Notes: generated by a model from the letters alone, not told the origin. Shown: positions 31,955 through 42,595, counted from the first letter of the stretch. The stretch: 64,000 nucleotides of DNA from an uncultured Armatimonadetes bacterium (GCA_963716175.1 OY970296.1:3168001-3232000), one strand, 5' to 3'. Numbers and translations are program-made.

Positions 31955-32308
31955 CTAGCTGCCCGGGTTTCTCGCGCTCTCCCGCGCCTCTCCTCCAGGC
32001 TTGTGTGGTCTCTGTTCCAGGCGGCGCTGCTGGCCGCGCCGTCGCGTTTGCTGCACCTGGTGCAGCCGGCCGTGGGCTCTTTGCCTGTCGGTCGGCGAGA
32101 CGCGCGCTGGCGCAGCGCGCTGCTCCCTCCCACCGGCCTGGTCACTCGGCGTTTCGCCCGGCGAGAGCATGCGGCCTCCGACCGTCCCCACCATGGCGTG
32201 GCCAGTCGCCAGGTAGTAGGTCACCCTGAAATCATAGATAAGCACTACCAGCACGGCCACCATCAGGATGATGGTGATCCCCAGCAGTGTCGGCACAGAC
32301 CGATCCAT
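31955..32308 (-). CDS. Small membrane-anchored hypothetical protein
   Basis: AGGAGG RBS; MDRSVPTLLGITIILMVAVLVVLIY TM helix; C-terminal frame uncertain. Confidence 0.55.
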   Translation of the reverse strand: MDRSVPTLLGITIILMVAVLVVLIYDFRVTYYLATGHAMVGTVGGRMLSPGETPSDQAGGREQRAAPARVSPTDRQRAHGRLHQVQQTRRRGQQRRLEQRPHKPGGEARESARNPGS

Positions 32309-32511
32309 GGTCCACCTCCTCTCCCGCTGATCCATCCCTGGCGCGGCCGCCCCGGCCGCCACACGGCGGGCGGGAAAGCCCGGCGCAAGCGAAGGCCCTC
32401 ATAGGAAGGTATCGGCAAGTGGACCGGCCGACTGTAGCGGCGCAGACAGCAGCAGAGGGGCAATGGGGACGCAGGCACACCCGCCGCCACTTCTCCGGCA
32501 GCTCCCCGGGG

Positions 32512-32670
32512 TCAGTTGCGCTGGTGCCGCACCACCAGGTGCCAGATCACGCCGACCACGAGCAGCAGCACCCCGAGCGGGACCGCGACATGCACCAGGA
32601 ACGCTACCAGTTGCAGCAGCGCTCCCACCACGATCAGCACCAGTCCCACCACGATCAAGGTGTGGGCCAT
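32512..32670 (-). CDS. 52-aa two-TM small membrane protein
   Basis: MAHTLIVVGLVLIVVGALLQLVAFLVHVAVPLGVLLLVVGVIWHLVVRHQRN; immediately follows the upstream gene stop; absent from ORF track. Confidence 0.7.
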   Translation of the reverse strand: MAHTLIVVGLVLIVVGALLQLVAFLVHVAVPLGVLLLVVGVIWHLVVRHQRN

Positions 32671-32673
32671 GGC

Positions 32674-33658
32674 TCACCCTCTGCCGGCAGTGGCGCGGGT
32701 GGAGGAAGGCCTTGCGGCTTCGGCCAGCCTTGCCTCCGGGAACAGCACGCACCAGGACAGGGGAATCACGATCGGGGCTAAAGGCAGGTAGACCCGCACC
32801 TCTTGCGCGATCGCCACCGCGTAGTGCAGGGCCACATAGGGCGGCACCAGCCAGAGCGAGCGCCGCAGCATCTCCCGGCCCTCGGCGCTGGCCCATGAAA
32901 GCCAGCACCCACAGCGCACCGAAAAGCAGGAAGACGTAGACCGTTGGCAGCACTGTGCTCAGGTTCCGCCACAGCATCACTACATCGCAGTAGTAGCCGC
33001 GCGGGCCGTAGATCATCAGCATTCCGCCATACACCAGCACCCAGGCCGCCCCCAACGCAACCGTGGTCCAGGCCAATCGCAGCGGCCGCTCTTTTCCCCA
33101 GCCGATGATGAGATAGAGGGCCGGGATCATCGCCACCGTCTCTCGGTTCAGCGTTCCCACCAATACCAGCGGGAGCAGCAGCAGGTCCCTCCGCCGCGCC
33201 AGCGCCCAGAAGGCGAGCACGAAGACCAGCAGATTGATGGGGTCGCTCTCCTGCACTACGCGCCAGTAGGTGAAGGGGATGATCGCCGCCAGAAAGAGGG
33301 CGCCGGCCGCGGCCGCGGCCGGCGAGAACCATATCCTCAGATAGCGGTCGAAGCAGAACAGGCCCAGGCCGGTGGCCGCCGCCCGCACTGCGAAGTAGGC
33401 GGCGTAGATGCTCTCGCCCGGCATCAGGTAGCGCACCATCTCGGCCAGCCAAGGGGTCAGCGGCCGGTACTGATTGGGGGCCGGTGCGGAGCCGGAGATC
33501 ATCTGGAGATGCCAGGAGGGGAGCTCCTGCAGATTCGCGATGCGGGCCCAGATCAGCGCGCTGGCCGCGCCCAAGCCCAGATAGAGCAGGAGAAGGCCGA
33601 TCGAACCTGGCAGAGCCGTTTCCTCCGAGCTGGCCGTGAGTTTCTCTCGCGGGGGCAC
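32674..33658 (-). CDS. Polytopic membrane protein (GT-C-like); frameshift near 32890
   Basis: APNQYRPLTP and GTLNRET motifs, TM helices; C-terminus in ORF 32674-32919. Confidence 0.65.
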
Positions 33659-33733
33659 AGTGGGATCTCAGTCCCGGCCCGGCGCGCTTGTCGGCCGGCC
33701 GCGCACCGCCGTCTCCGCGGTCGAGCACCCCAT

Positions 33734-34291
33734 CTAGCGCTCGCCCTTGTTCAGTTCCGCCAGAATGGCAGCCCTCAACTCGGCCTCATGATCCGGCCCC
33801 ACCTCCCCCTCATAGCGCACCTCATTGATATACAACGTCGGCGTGCCATTTACCCCGCTGCGAACCCCCAGCATCTTCTCCCTCTTTATCTTCTCCAGCA
33901 GGGCCGGGTCCTTCATATCCCGCTGAAAGCGGTCTTCCTCCAGGCCCAGCTCCCGAGCATAGCGGGAGAGCTCATCATCGCCGAGCGCTCCTCTGGCCTC
34001 GAACAGCCGCTGGTGCATCTCCCAGAACTTCCCCTGCCGTCCCGCCGCCTCCGCCGCCAGCGCCGCCTTCTCCGCCCGGGGATGGAGGCTGAATACCGGG
34101 AATGGGCGGACCACGAAGCGCACCCGGGGCTCCAGCGCCTTCAGCACCCGCTCGATCACCGGGTGGGCGGCCTGGCAGAAGGGGCACTGGTAGTCCATGT
34201 ACTCGACCAGCGTCACCGCGCCCAGGGGGCCTCGCGCCCAATCCTCGTCCGAGACCGGCCGCTTCAGCCGGGGAGGCTGTTCCGAGGTCAT
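33734..34291 (-). CDS. DsbA-like thioredoxin-fold protein
   Basis: EYMDYQCPFC, FWEMH, GVNGTPT. Confidence 0.92.
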   Translation of the reverse strand: MTSEQPPRLKRPVSDEDWARGPLGAVTLVEYMDYQCPFCQAAHPVIERVLKALEPRVRFVVRPFPVFSLHPRAEKAALAAEAAGRQGKFWEMHQRLFEARGALGDDELSRYARELGLEEDRFQRDMKDPALLEKIKREKMLGVRSGVNGTPTLYINEVRYEGEVGPDHEAELRAAILAELNKGER

Positions 34292-34761
34292 GCTCCCTCT
34301 GCCTGCATCTTCTCCAGCACGTTGAGCAAGCGATCTGCGCCCGGATTCTTACCGATCTCCGAGACGTAGCTATAGCGCACTACTCCCGTGTGGTCAACGA
34401 TGAAGAGCGCGCGCTCTGCCATTCCGTCCTCACGCATCACTCCGTACTGTGACGCCACTGCCCCTTTTGGATGGAAGTCGGCCAGCACCGGAAAGGTCAG
34501 CCCATTGCTCTGGGCAAAGGCGTGCTGCACATACTTGCTGTCCACAGAGACCCCCACCACGCGGGCCCCCAGTCGCGCGAGCTCGTCCTTTACCTCCTCG
34601 AGCAGGTTCATCTCGTTGGTGCACACCGGGCTGAAGGCCAGGGGGAAGAACGCCAACACCACATGGTGCCCTTCCTTCAGCAGCTTCGACAGACGCACTT
34701 TTCCCGCTGATCCGTCGAGCTCGAAATCGGGCGCCTTGACGCCCACGGCAAGTGGCGGCAT
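34288..34761 (-). CDS. Peroxiredoxin (AhpE/BCP-like)
   Basis: APDFEL, FFPLAFSPVCTNE, ADFHPKG, ERALFIVD. Confidence 0.92.
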   Translation of the reverse strand: MPPLAVGVKAPDFELDGSAGKVRLSKLLKEGHHVVLAFFPLAFSPVCTNEMNLLEEVKDELARLGARVVGVSVDSKYVQHAFAQSNGLTFPVLADFHPKGAVASQYGVMREDGMAERALFIVDHTGVVRYSYVSEIGKNPGADRLLNVLEKMQAEGA

Positions 34762-34902
34762 GGTGATCTCCTTCCCATCGTGCTGCCGCTTGTGTTCTCC
34801 ACCCGCGGTGAGCGGCCTTGCCCAGGTAGGTATGTAATGTCGCAAGCGGCGACCAATGTGCGCCGGCGCAGCAGAGCACGACGAGCAGGCCTGGCCCGCA
34901 GG

Positions 34903-37542
34903 TCACATCGGCAGCTCCAGGGCTCGCTGCACATATACGGCCATCTGGTCCCGGCTGCATACGTACTCGGGATGGTAGAGGCCATCGAGGTAGCCGCGTA
35001 CGACAGCGACGCTGCCCTGCGCCAGGTACTCGATGTACTTGAACGCCCAGAATGCGGCCGGAACATCCGCGAAACTCGGGTGGGTGGGAGGGACATATCC
35101 GGCCAGGCCTTCGTCTCCCATAGGATAGGCGATGGCGCGGGCGATGAAGGCGGCCATCTGCCCCCGGTCGAGCGTGGCCAGCGGCCGGTAGCTGCCGTCC
35201 TCGTAGCCCTCCACGATCTGGTTGGCGCGGGCGTATTCGATGTACTTGTAGGCCCAGTGAGAGGTGGGGACATCGGAGAAGTAGGCGTGGCCAGGCCCCG
35301 GGGGCACGCCCGCCTCGCCCCCGGCCACCGCCCGGGAGATGTAGACGGCCATCTGGTCGCGAGTGACTGGCAGGCTGGGCCGATAGGTCACGTCCGGGTA
35401 GCCGAGGACAATCCTCGCATCCACGCAGGCGATGATCTCCAGCCAGGCCCAGAACCCGGGAGGGGCATCAGGGAAAGCGACACGGATGCCGCGGCGCCCG
35501 ATCGCGGTGTCATAGCCCCAGCCGTTGGTCACCATCAGCTTCACCGTCTTCGAGCCTGGCGCTTCGTAGGTGTGAACGGGGTTGAGCTGCCTGCTGGTGG
35601 CGCCATCCCCGAACTGCCACAACCGGCTGAGGGGGGAGCCGCTCGAGCGGTCAGCGAACCTCACCATCAGGGGCGCGATCCCGGCCGTGGGAAAGGCGCT
35701 GAAATCTGCCGTCGGCGATCCGGTGATGGCCAGGTGCACTACCTGCCCGTTGCCCGTGTCGGCCACCCAGCAGGAGCCATTGCTCTCATCCACCGAGATG
35801 GAGCTGGGCAGGTAGAAGCCACCTCCCCACCAGAGCCTGGTGCCATCCTGGGCCAGGTGCGCCACCTGGTAGCGATAGCTATCAACCACCCAACACGAGT
35901 CGTCAACCGGGTTGACGGATAGCGAGCCGCCGGCGCTGAACCCAGGGGACTGGCCCACCTCTGCGCCGGTCTGGTCCAAGTGCAGCACGCGGCCGCTCCC
36001 CTCTCCCTCGTCGAGCAGAACCCAGCACGACCCATCCTGCGAGTTCGCAGAGACGAATGCGGGCGAGCCGCGCAGACCCCCGATCCGCACCAGCTCACTG
36101 CCGTCTGCGGCCAGATGAACCACCTGCTCAGCCCCCGCATCCGCCACCCAACACGACCCGTCTTCCTGATCAACCGAGAGCGATATGGGCTGGCCGAAGC
36201 TGCCGCGCCAGAGCTCGATCCCCCGCCGCGAGAGGTGGACCACTTCGCCTGCGCCGGTGCTCTGGCTGAAGTCGGCTACCCAGCAGGAGCCGTCGGTGGC
36301 ATTGGCCGCCAGCGCTCTGGGTTGGCCCAGCAAGCTCCCACCACGCCAGGCCTCACTGCCATCGCCTCTCAGGCGGATCACCTGTGCATCATCCGCCACC
36401 CAGCAGGAGTCATTGGTCGGGTTGACGGCCACTAGGTTGGGCTGGCCGGAGAAGCTGCCCCCACGCCACAGCTCGGCCCCGTCCTCGGCCACGTGCACCA
36501 CCTGTGCGTCGAGGCTGTCGGTAGCCCAGCAGGAGCTGTCGTACAAGTTCACTGAGACCGACTCCGTCTGGTAGCGCCCGCCCCCGCGCCACAACTCCTC
36601 GCCGTCTTCGGCCAGGTGCACGAGCTGGTTGCTGGCCAGATCGGCCACCCAGCAAGAGCCATCTATGGGGTTGACCGCTGCCGACCTGGGCCACTGGAAG
36701 CTCCCGCCTCTCCATAGCTCCGCGCCGCTCTCCGCCAGGTGCACCACTTCGTCGCGGCCATAGTCGGCCACCCAACAGGAGTCATCCTGCGGGTTGGCGG
36801 AGACCGAGACGGGGTTTTCGAATCCCCCGCCCCGCCACAGCTCGGTCCCGTCCTCGGCGAGGTGGACCACCTGGTTCCCCGCCCAGTCTGCCACCCAACA
36901 GGAGCCGTCCTCCGGGTTGACGGAAAGAGAGGCGGGCCCGCCAAACTGCTGGCCCCGCCACAGCTCTGTCCCATCCCGATCCAGGTGCGCGACTCCGGAG
37001 GCGTGTGGGTCCACCGCCCAGGCCACCCAGCACGAGCCGTCCGCCGGATTCACTGAGATCGCAGACGCGCCGGGGAAGCCGCCCCCCTCCCACAGCGTGG
37101 CCCCAAACTCAGAGAGATGCTCGATCTGCCCACTGCCCCGGCTTGCCACCCAGCAAGACCAGTCCGTCGGATTGGCCGAGACTGACACGGGGAAGTCGAA
37201 ACCCCAGGTTCGCAACTGCTCCGCGCCGTGCTTGTCCAGATGCACCACCGCATCGTTCCAGGTGTCAGCCACCCAGCAGGAGCCATCGCTGGGGTCGACC
37301 GATAGCGACTCCGGCGCCCAGAAGCCGTTGGTCTGGCTGAGCAGCGTCCCGCCGTCAGCCACGTGCATGACACTCGAGCCCACCGCCGCCCAGCAGGACC
37401 CATCGCTCGGATCAACCGCCACCGCGCGAGCGGAGCCAAAGGGGCTGCGCCAGGCCTCGGTGGCGAACTGAGCGGCGCTGGCAGGGCAGGCCACGGCGAC
37501 GAGGAGGAGGGGCAGTTCAGACATTAGGCGAGGCCATCTCAT
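34903..37542 (-). CDS. Cell-surface protein: NHL-like beta-propeller repeats + PKD + SLH domains
   Basis: About 14 repeats of SVNPxDGSCWVAD..VVHL..G.ELWRGG; WQFGDG PKD; three SLH repeats (TRDQMA, DRGQMA, SRDQMA). Confidence 0.9.
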   Translation of the reverse strand: MRWPRLMSELPLLLVAVACPASAAQFATEAWRSPFGSARAVAVDPSDGSCWAAVGSSVMHVADGGTLLSQTNGFWAPESLSVDPSDGSCWVADTWNDAVVHLDKHGAEQLRTWGFDFPVSVSANPTDWSCWVASRGSGQIEHLSEFGATLWEGGGFPGASAISVNPADGSCWVAWAVDPHASGVAHLDRDGTELWRGQQFGGPASLSVNPEDGSCWVADWAGNQVVHLAEDGTELWRGGGFENPVSVSANPQDDSCWVADYGRDEVVHLAESGAELWRGGSFQWPRSAAVNPIDGSCWVADLASNQLVHLAEDGEELWRGGGRYQTESVSVNLYDSSCWATDSLDAQVVHVAEDGAELWRGGSFSGQPNLVAVNPTNDSCWVADDAQVIRLRGDGSEAWRGGSLLGQPRALAANATDGSCWVADFSQSTGAGEVVHLSRRGIELWRGSFGQPISLSVDQEDGSCWVADAGAEQVVHLAADGSELVRIGGLRGSPAFVSANSQDGSCWVLLDEGEGSGRVLHLDQTGAEVGQSPGFSAGGSLSVNPVDDSCWVVDSYRYQVAHLAQDGTRLWWGGGFYLPSSISVDESNGSCWVADTGNGQVVHLAITGSPTADFSAFPTAGIAPLMVRFADRSSGSPLSRLWQFGDGATSRQLNPVHTYEAPGSKTVKLMVTNGWGYDTAIGRRGIRVAFPDAPPGFWAWLEIIACVDARIVLGYPDVTYRPSLPVTRDQMAVYISRAVAGGEAGVPPGPGHAYFSDVPTSHWAYKYIEYARANQIVEGYEDGSYRPLATLDRGQMAAFIARAIAYPMGDEGLAGYVPPTHPSFADVPAAFWAFKYIEYLAQGSVAVVRGYLDGLYHPEYVCSRDQMAVYVQRALELPM

Positions 37543-37719
37543 CTTGCTCACCTTCGGCTGCAAGTCAACACAGGGCAGCGCCCGCGGGCCCAACTGGATG
37601 AGTTCCAGAGGTGGTGAGGCCTTCCTGCCGGGCGTTAGCCGAGAGGTCCGCCCGGCACCACCGGCGAACCCTGGTGCTTCGTGTCGGTGGCTAGCATGAC
37701 ACGCTGAGAGGAGACGGCC

Positions 37720-38961
37720 ATGGCCCTTTCGCCACTTGAGCAGAGCCTGCTAACTGCCCTGGAGAGTATCGAAGTCATCGACGCCCATGAGCATCTGTCG
37801 CCCGAGGCCGATCGCGTCAAGGCCAGGGTGGACGTCTTCACGCTGTTCTCTCACTACACTTACGGTGACCTGATGGCGGCCGGCATGTCCGAGTCGGACT
37901 ATCGGGCGACTCAGAATGCCGATCTCCCTCTGGACTATCGCTGGCGCTTGTTCGCCCCCTACTGGGAGCAGATTCGCTGGGGCAGCTACGCCCGCGCCGC
38001 CTTGCTTGCGGCCGCCAAGTTCTACGGCGCCGATGACATCAACGAGAAGACCTATGTCTCCATTTCCGAGAGGATGGCAAAGGCGAACACGCCCGGCATC
38101 TACCAGCGGGTGCTGCGCGAGGCCTGCCACATCCGCACCTCCCTGACGCAATGCGGGCGCACCGACCTGGGCACGCCCCTGCTCACGCCGGTGATGCCGC
38201 TGCTGCTTCACGATCTGTGGGAGGTGGAGTCGTGGCGCCGCATCAGCCAGCCCGACCTCGCCCCCGGCGCCGCCATTCGCACCCTCGACGATCTGCTCGC
38301 CGTGACCCGCGCTTACATCAACCGCGTGAAATCGGAGGGGGCGGCCGGCCTGAAGATGGTGTCCAATCCCTACGGTGAGCCCAACCGCGGCGGCGCCTAT
38401 CAGGCCTTCGAGCAGCTCCGCACCGGCGCGGTCTCATCTCTCCCCTATGTCAACCCGCTGCGCGACTACCTGGTGGACGAGGCAGTCCGCTTCGCCGGCG
38501 AGCAGGACCTGGCGGTGGCCGTCCACACCGGCTACTGGGGCGATTTCCGCACCCTCGACCCCCTGCACATGATTCCCATCCTGCAGCGGCATCCGCGGGT
38601 GCGCTTCGATCTCTACCATCTCGGCTATCCCTGGTTGCGCGAGTCCATCATGTTGGGCAAGGGCTTCCCCAATGTCTGGCTCAACTTCTGCTGGACTCAC
38701 ATCATCTCCCAGCGTTTTGCCATGGATGCCCTCGACGAGGTGATTGACGTCGTACCCATGAACAAGGTCGTCGGCTTTGGCGGGGACTACGGTGTCCCCG
38801 TTGAGAAGGCCTACGGCCATCTCGTGATGGCCCGGGAGGACATGGCGCGGGTGCTAGCCCGGCGGATCGAGCGGGGCCAGATGAGTGAGGATCAGGCCTT
38901 GGCACTCGCCCGCAAGTGGCTGTGGGATAACCCCAAGCAGCTCTACCGCCTCAATGTCTAG
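37720..38961 (+). CDS. Amidohydrolase family protein
   Basis: IDAHEH, VHTG, DLYHLGYP, FGGDY. Confidence 0.85.
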   Translation: MALSPLEQSLLTALESIEVIDAHEHLSPEADRVKARVDVFTLFSHYTYGDLMAAGMSESDYRATQNADLPLDYRWRLFAPYWEQIRWGSYARAALLAAAKFYGADDINEKTYVSISERMAKANTPGIYQRVLREACHIRTSLTQCGRTDLGTPLLTPVMPLLLHDLWEVESWRRISQPDLAPGAAIRTLDDLLAVTRAYINRVKSEGAAGLKMVSNPYGEPNRGGAYQAFEQLRTGAVSSLPYVNPLRDYLVDEAVRFAGEQDLAVAVHTGYWGDFRTLDPLHMIPILQRHPRVRFDLYHLGYPWLRESIMLGKGFPNVWLNFCWTHIISQRFAMDALDEVIDVVPMNKVVGFGGDYGVPVEKAYGHLVMAREDMARVLARRIERGQMSEDQALALARKWLWDNPKQLYRLNV

Positions 38962-39026
38962 GCCTTTTGTAGGGCGGGCATGCCTATGCCCGCCGCCAAT
39001 GCCGGCGCGCCGGATCATGCGGACCG

Positions 39027-39908
39027 ATGAAACTGGAACGCCCCGCCTCGCTCCGCGCTGACCTCGCCCTGGTCGGCATCGCCGCCATCTGGGGGTTCAC
39101 CTTTCCCGCCATCCAGTTGGCGCTTCGCGACGCCGGCCCGCTCACCTTCATCTCCCTGCGTTTCGGCCTTGCCGCGGCAGTCCTGGCCGCGATCTTCCGC
39201 GGGCGCGCCTTTCGCTTCACTCGCTCCGGCCTGGGCTTCTCGCTCGCGCTGGGCCTGTGCCTCGCCTCCGGCACGGTGCTGCAGACCTTCGGGCTGCTCT
39301 ACACCACCGCCTCCAAGTCGGCCTTCATCACCGCCCTCTACGTGGTGCTGGTGCCGCTGATGGCAGTGGCCGCCATCCGGGTGCGGCCTCGAGCCAGCTC
39401 CCTGCTCGCAGTGCCGGTGGCCACTGCCGGGCTGTACGAGATCACCTCCGCGCGTGTCACTGGGTTCAACCTGGGGGATCTGCTCACCGTGGGCTGCGCG
39501 GTGGCGTTTGCCGCGCACATCGTGATCGCCGAGATCGCCGCCCCCAAGCACGATCCGGTCGCGCTGACCTTCGGGCAGGTGCTCACCACCGCGGTGCTCA
39601 GCGCAGGGCTGATGCTGGGCGCGGAGACTCCCCATTTCGCCCTCACCCCGTGGACCATTACCGCCCTGGTGGTCACCGGCCTGTTTGCCACCGCGCTCGC
39701 CTTCGCAGTGCAGATGTGGGGCCAGCGAGAGACCAGCGGCACCCACGTCGCCCTGATCTTCACCGCAGAGCCGGTCTTCGCTGCCATCTTCGCCCGGCTG
39801 ATCCAGCAGGAGAGACTGGGCGCTCACGGGCTCATCGGCGGCGCGCTGATCGTGGCGGCGATTCTGCTGTCGGAGATCGGCGCTCGCCCGCACCCCCGGC
39901 GCGACTGA
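39027..39908 (+). CDS. EamA/DMT family transporter
   Basis: IWGFTF, ~10 TM helices, AFITALYVVLVP, EPVFA. Confidence 0.92.
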   Translation: MKLERPASLRADLALVGIAAIWGFTFPAIQLALRDAGPLTFISLRFGLAAAVLAAIFRGRAFRFTRSGLGFSLALGLCLASGTVLQTFGLLYTTASKSAFITALYVVLVPLMAVAAIRVRPRASSLLAVPVATAGLYEITSARVTGFNLGDLLTVGCAVAFAAHIVIAEIAAPKHDPVALTFGQVLTTAVLSAGLMLGAETPHFALTPWTITALVVTGLFATALAFAVQMWGQRETSGTHVALIFTAEPVFAAIFARLIQQERLGAHGLIGGALIVAAILLSEIGARPHPRRD

Positions 39909-40028
39909 GGAAGCCATCTGCAGATTCCGCAGATCACACAGACACGGCGGCTTCGGGATTTCTCCCGAAGCCGCCAGACCATGCTGTCTCTGCGGTCTCC
40001 GCGTGTCTGCGGTGAACCGCGAGCTCCG

Positions 40029-41531
40029 CTACCAGAGGTGGATCAAGGCATCCACAGGCGCGTAGTCGTCGGTCAAGGTCGGCACATCCTTGGTCTGCAC
40101 CGAAGGACCGATGTAGTTCGCCACCCGGGAAGCAAGCAGGCTGTCCTTGATCAGTTTGCCCTGCATCTGGGCGGTGCGGCTCCGGATCTTCTCGATCCCG
40201 ATACGCTGGTCCGAGTTGACCGCGAACACCTCGAAGTTGAAGGCCGAGGTATCGCTGTCCACTACCTTGAACCCATAGAGCTGCGGGAACACTTCGGCCA
40301 TGGTGCGATAGACAGAGCGGAAGAACTTGCTCTTCGGACCGGCCATCTGGCCGATGAGGTTGTTGGCGAACACCCCGCCAGGCCGCAGGTGGGAGCGCGC
40401 GATCTGGAAGAACTCCCGGGTGGCGAGGAAGAAAGGGACGGTGTCCGCATAGTAAGCGTCGAGCAAGATCAGATCGTACTGGTTCTTCGTGCGCCTCAGA
40501 AAGATGCGGCCGTCCGCCTGGTGGACAGCTAGCCTGGGCCCCGGGTGGACGTCGAAGTAGCGAGCCGCGATCTTGATCACATCCGGGTCAATCTCCACCG
40601 CGTCCACCTTCACCTGCGGGTAGTCGCGCACCAGCCGCTTCGGCACCGAGCCGCCGCCCAGGCCAATGACCAGCACGTCGTGGATGCCGGGGTTGAGCAG
40701 GAAAGCGATGTCCACGTAATCGGTGTAGGGCAGGCCCCGTCCGTGGGGGTCCTTCCGGTCCATCCGGGTGTGCCAGATGTTGTCCGCTCGCAGGTAGCGA
40801 TAGGGTCCCTCATCAGTCACGAACAGCCGGTGGTAGGGGCTGTCCCGCTCCAGCAGGATGCGCTCGGCCGCGTATCCCGGCTGCGCCAGGCCCAGGGCCG
40901 CCAGGGCCAGCACGGCGGCCGCCGCTCGCCCCGGCCGGCGCCAGGCCCCAGCCACGATCGCCAGCGTCCCGGTGCAGATCAGGCCGAGACCCAGGCAAGA
41001 CAGTATCTTCCTGGTGCCATAGGCCGGGATCAGGTAGAACGCGGAGCCCAGGGTGCCGACGATGCTGCCCAGAGTGGAGATGGCATAGACCATCCCCGCG
41101 GTCCGCCCCACTTGCGTCACGGTGCGGGCGGTGAGGCGGATAACGAAGGGCGAGGTCGTGCCCATGAGCAGACCTGGCAGAAAGAAGAGGACGAGGGAGG
41201 CCAGCAACGGATTAGCCCGGGGCCCGAGATCGCGGAGGGCGATGCGGTCGGAGATGGCGACTCCCCAGTGAGGCAGCAGCAACACGCAGCCCCCGGCGGC
41301 GAGCAGCAGCAAGCCCAACAGCCAGGGCCGCGGGGCGCGATCCGCCAGGCCGCCTCCCAGGTAGTACCCGATGCTCAGGGCGGCCAGAAACACGCCGATC
41401 AGACTGCCCCAGACGAAGATGGATCCCCCGAAGTTGGGTGCCAGCACCCGGCTGCCGACGATCTCCAGCGCCATGAGAATGGCGCCTGACAGGAATGCCA
41501 CCAGCAGCAGGAGGTACTCGATCCAGGCCAA
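40029..41531 (-). CDS. Fused membrane domain / spermidine-synthase-like SAM methyltransferase
   Basis: N-terminal TM bundle; VIGLGGG, VEIDP, ILLDAY, TDDYAP. Confidence 0.9.
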   Translation of the reverse strand: MAWIEYLLLLVAFLSGAILMALEIVGSRVLAPNFGGSIFVWGSLIGVFLAALSIGYYLGGGLADRAPRPWLLGLLLLAAGGCVLLLPHWGVAISDRIALRDLGPRANPLLASLVLFFLPGLLMGTTSPFVIRLTARTVTQVGRTAGMVYAISTLGSIVGTLGSAFYLIPAYGTRKILSCLGLGLICTGTLAIVAGAWRRPGRAAAAVLALAALGLAQPGYAAERILLERDSPYHRLFVTDEGPYRYLRADNIWHTRMDRKDPHGRGLPYTDYVDIAFLLNPGIHDVLVIGLGGGSVPKRLVRDYPQVKVDAVEIDPDVIKIAARYFDVHPGPRLAVHQADGRIFLRRTKNQYDLILLDAYYADTVPFFLATREFFQIARSHLRPGGVFANNLIGQMAGPKSKFFRSVYRTMAEVFPQLYGFKVVDSDTSAFNFEVFAVNSDQRIGIEKIRSRTAQMQGKLIKDSLLASRVANYIGPSVQTKDVPTLTDDYAPVDALIHLW

Positions 41532-41675
41532 GGTTTCGTTCCAGACCTACATTCCTACATGCTAGGTTCCCCGATGGCAGGGAGGGTTCCTCTGGGGGAA
41601 GGCGGCGCAAGCGCGGAATGCAGCGGGGCCCCGGCTCGTCTCTAACAGCGGACAATCCCCGTCCGTCACGCGAGT

Positions 41676-41720
41676 GACAAGCTAACGGAGTCCGCCGTCG
41701 GCGGACTCCGTTAGCTTGTC
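41676..41720. repeat. Perfect 21-bp inverted repeat (REP-like)
   Basis: GACAAGCTAACGGAGTCCGCC-GTC-GGCGGACTCCGTTAGCTTGTC. Confidence 0.8.
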
Positions 41721-41823
41721 CGGAGACTGATCTGCCCGGCGCTGCCAGCAAGCTGCGCGAAGACGTCTCAGGGGAATCACACCTCGGATCTGGCAGAACC
41801 CCGGCTGCCGGAGGCGCGCAAGC

Positions 41824-42018
41824 TCAGTCCACGATGACGAGCTTCGGCCCGGCTTGTCTCCCCTGGTGAGGCATCACCAGGTGGAAACCGTGCCTGCGAA
41901 GTGCCTGCCTCAGCTCCCTATCCCCATTCACCCAGCCGAACAGCTCCCCCGTGCGCGGGTCTCGCACTTCCTGCAGCAGCCTGACTTCGACGGGTAGTGC
42001 GGTTGGTGCTTGGCTCAT
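41824..42018 (-). CDS. Small hypothetical protein (64 aa)
   Basis: AGGAG RBS; plausible composition. Confidence 0.45.
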   Translation of the reverse strand: MSQAPTALPVEVRLLQEVRDPRTGELFGWVNGDRELRQALRRHGFHLVMPHQGRQAGPKLVIVD

Positions 42019-42171
42019 GGCTTCGACTCCTGGTTCCCCGCCGGCTTGTTCAGCTATTCACTTGACTTGATGCCACTTCTTGCGCGTTCTTTCCCACATT
42101 TCAGGGCTGGATGTGGACACCGCTCATCCGGATATGGCATTAGAGTGCAATCTCAGCAGAGTCGGATTCCC

Positions 42172-42525
42172 ATGGCCAGGAGAGAGCACATCGCCTACGT
42201 GCCTTACGCCGAGCTCGCCCGCGCGTTCCGGGAGAGCGGGGGCTGGACCTGCGCGGTGTGTGGGGGCGCCGTGGTGTTCATGGGGTTCGGGCACGAGCCG
42301 CAGCCGCGGGTGCCTCTGTTCGAGTGCACGCGCTGCGGGCGACGCTCTGATGGCTGCCAGACCTTTGAGGGACATCACCTGCTCTACGGTGGTTGTCCCC
42401 TGGCGGACGAAGCGAGCAGCCGATGCGGCTACTGGCTGGGGCAATGGGCGCGTCCCCGCGGCGGGTGCCCAGTGTGTGGCCGGGCGCGGACGCCACCAGA
42501 AACGGCTGCGGCCCGGGGGCATTGA
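42172..42525 (+). CDS. Cys-rich putative zinc-binding protein
   Basis: CAVC, CTRC, CPVC plus further Cys residues. Confidence 0.55.
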   Translation: MARREHIAYVPYAELARAFRESGGWTCAVCGGAVVFMGFGHEPQPRVPLFECTRCGRRSDGCQTFEGHHLLYGGCPLADEASSRCGYWLGQWARPRGGCPVCGRARTPPETAAARGH

Positions 42526-42595
42526 CCTCCCCGGGCCGAGCTGGATTCGGTGCGAGAGACCGCCGCTTACGAGGCCTCTCACGGAAGAAGGGCTG

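Noticed and set aside
480-32900. Frameshifts in ribD (~485), 18960, 21310, 22911, 27470, 29116 and 32890 as pseudogenes or phase variation
   Set aside because: They hit unrelated genes including housekeeping ribD, several fall in G-runs or (CG)n tracts, and both halves are otherwise intact. This pattern is typical of long-read consensus error; raw reads are needed to decide.
39909-40015. CGCAGAT-type short repeats and similar intergenic palindromes (13423-13520, 46689-46780)
   Set aside because: They look like ordinary REP or terminator-type elements
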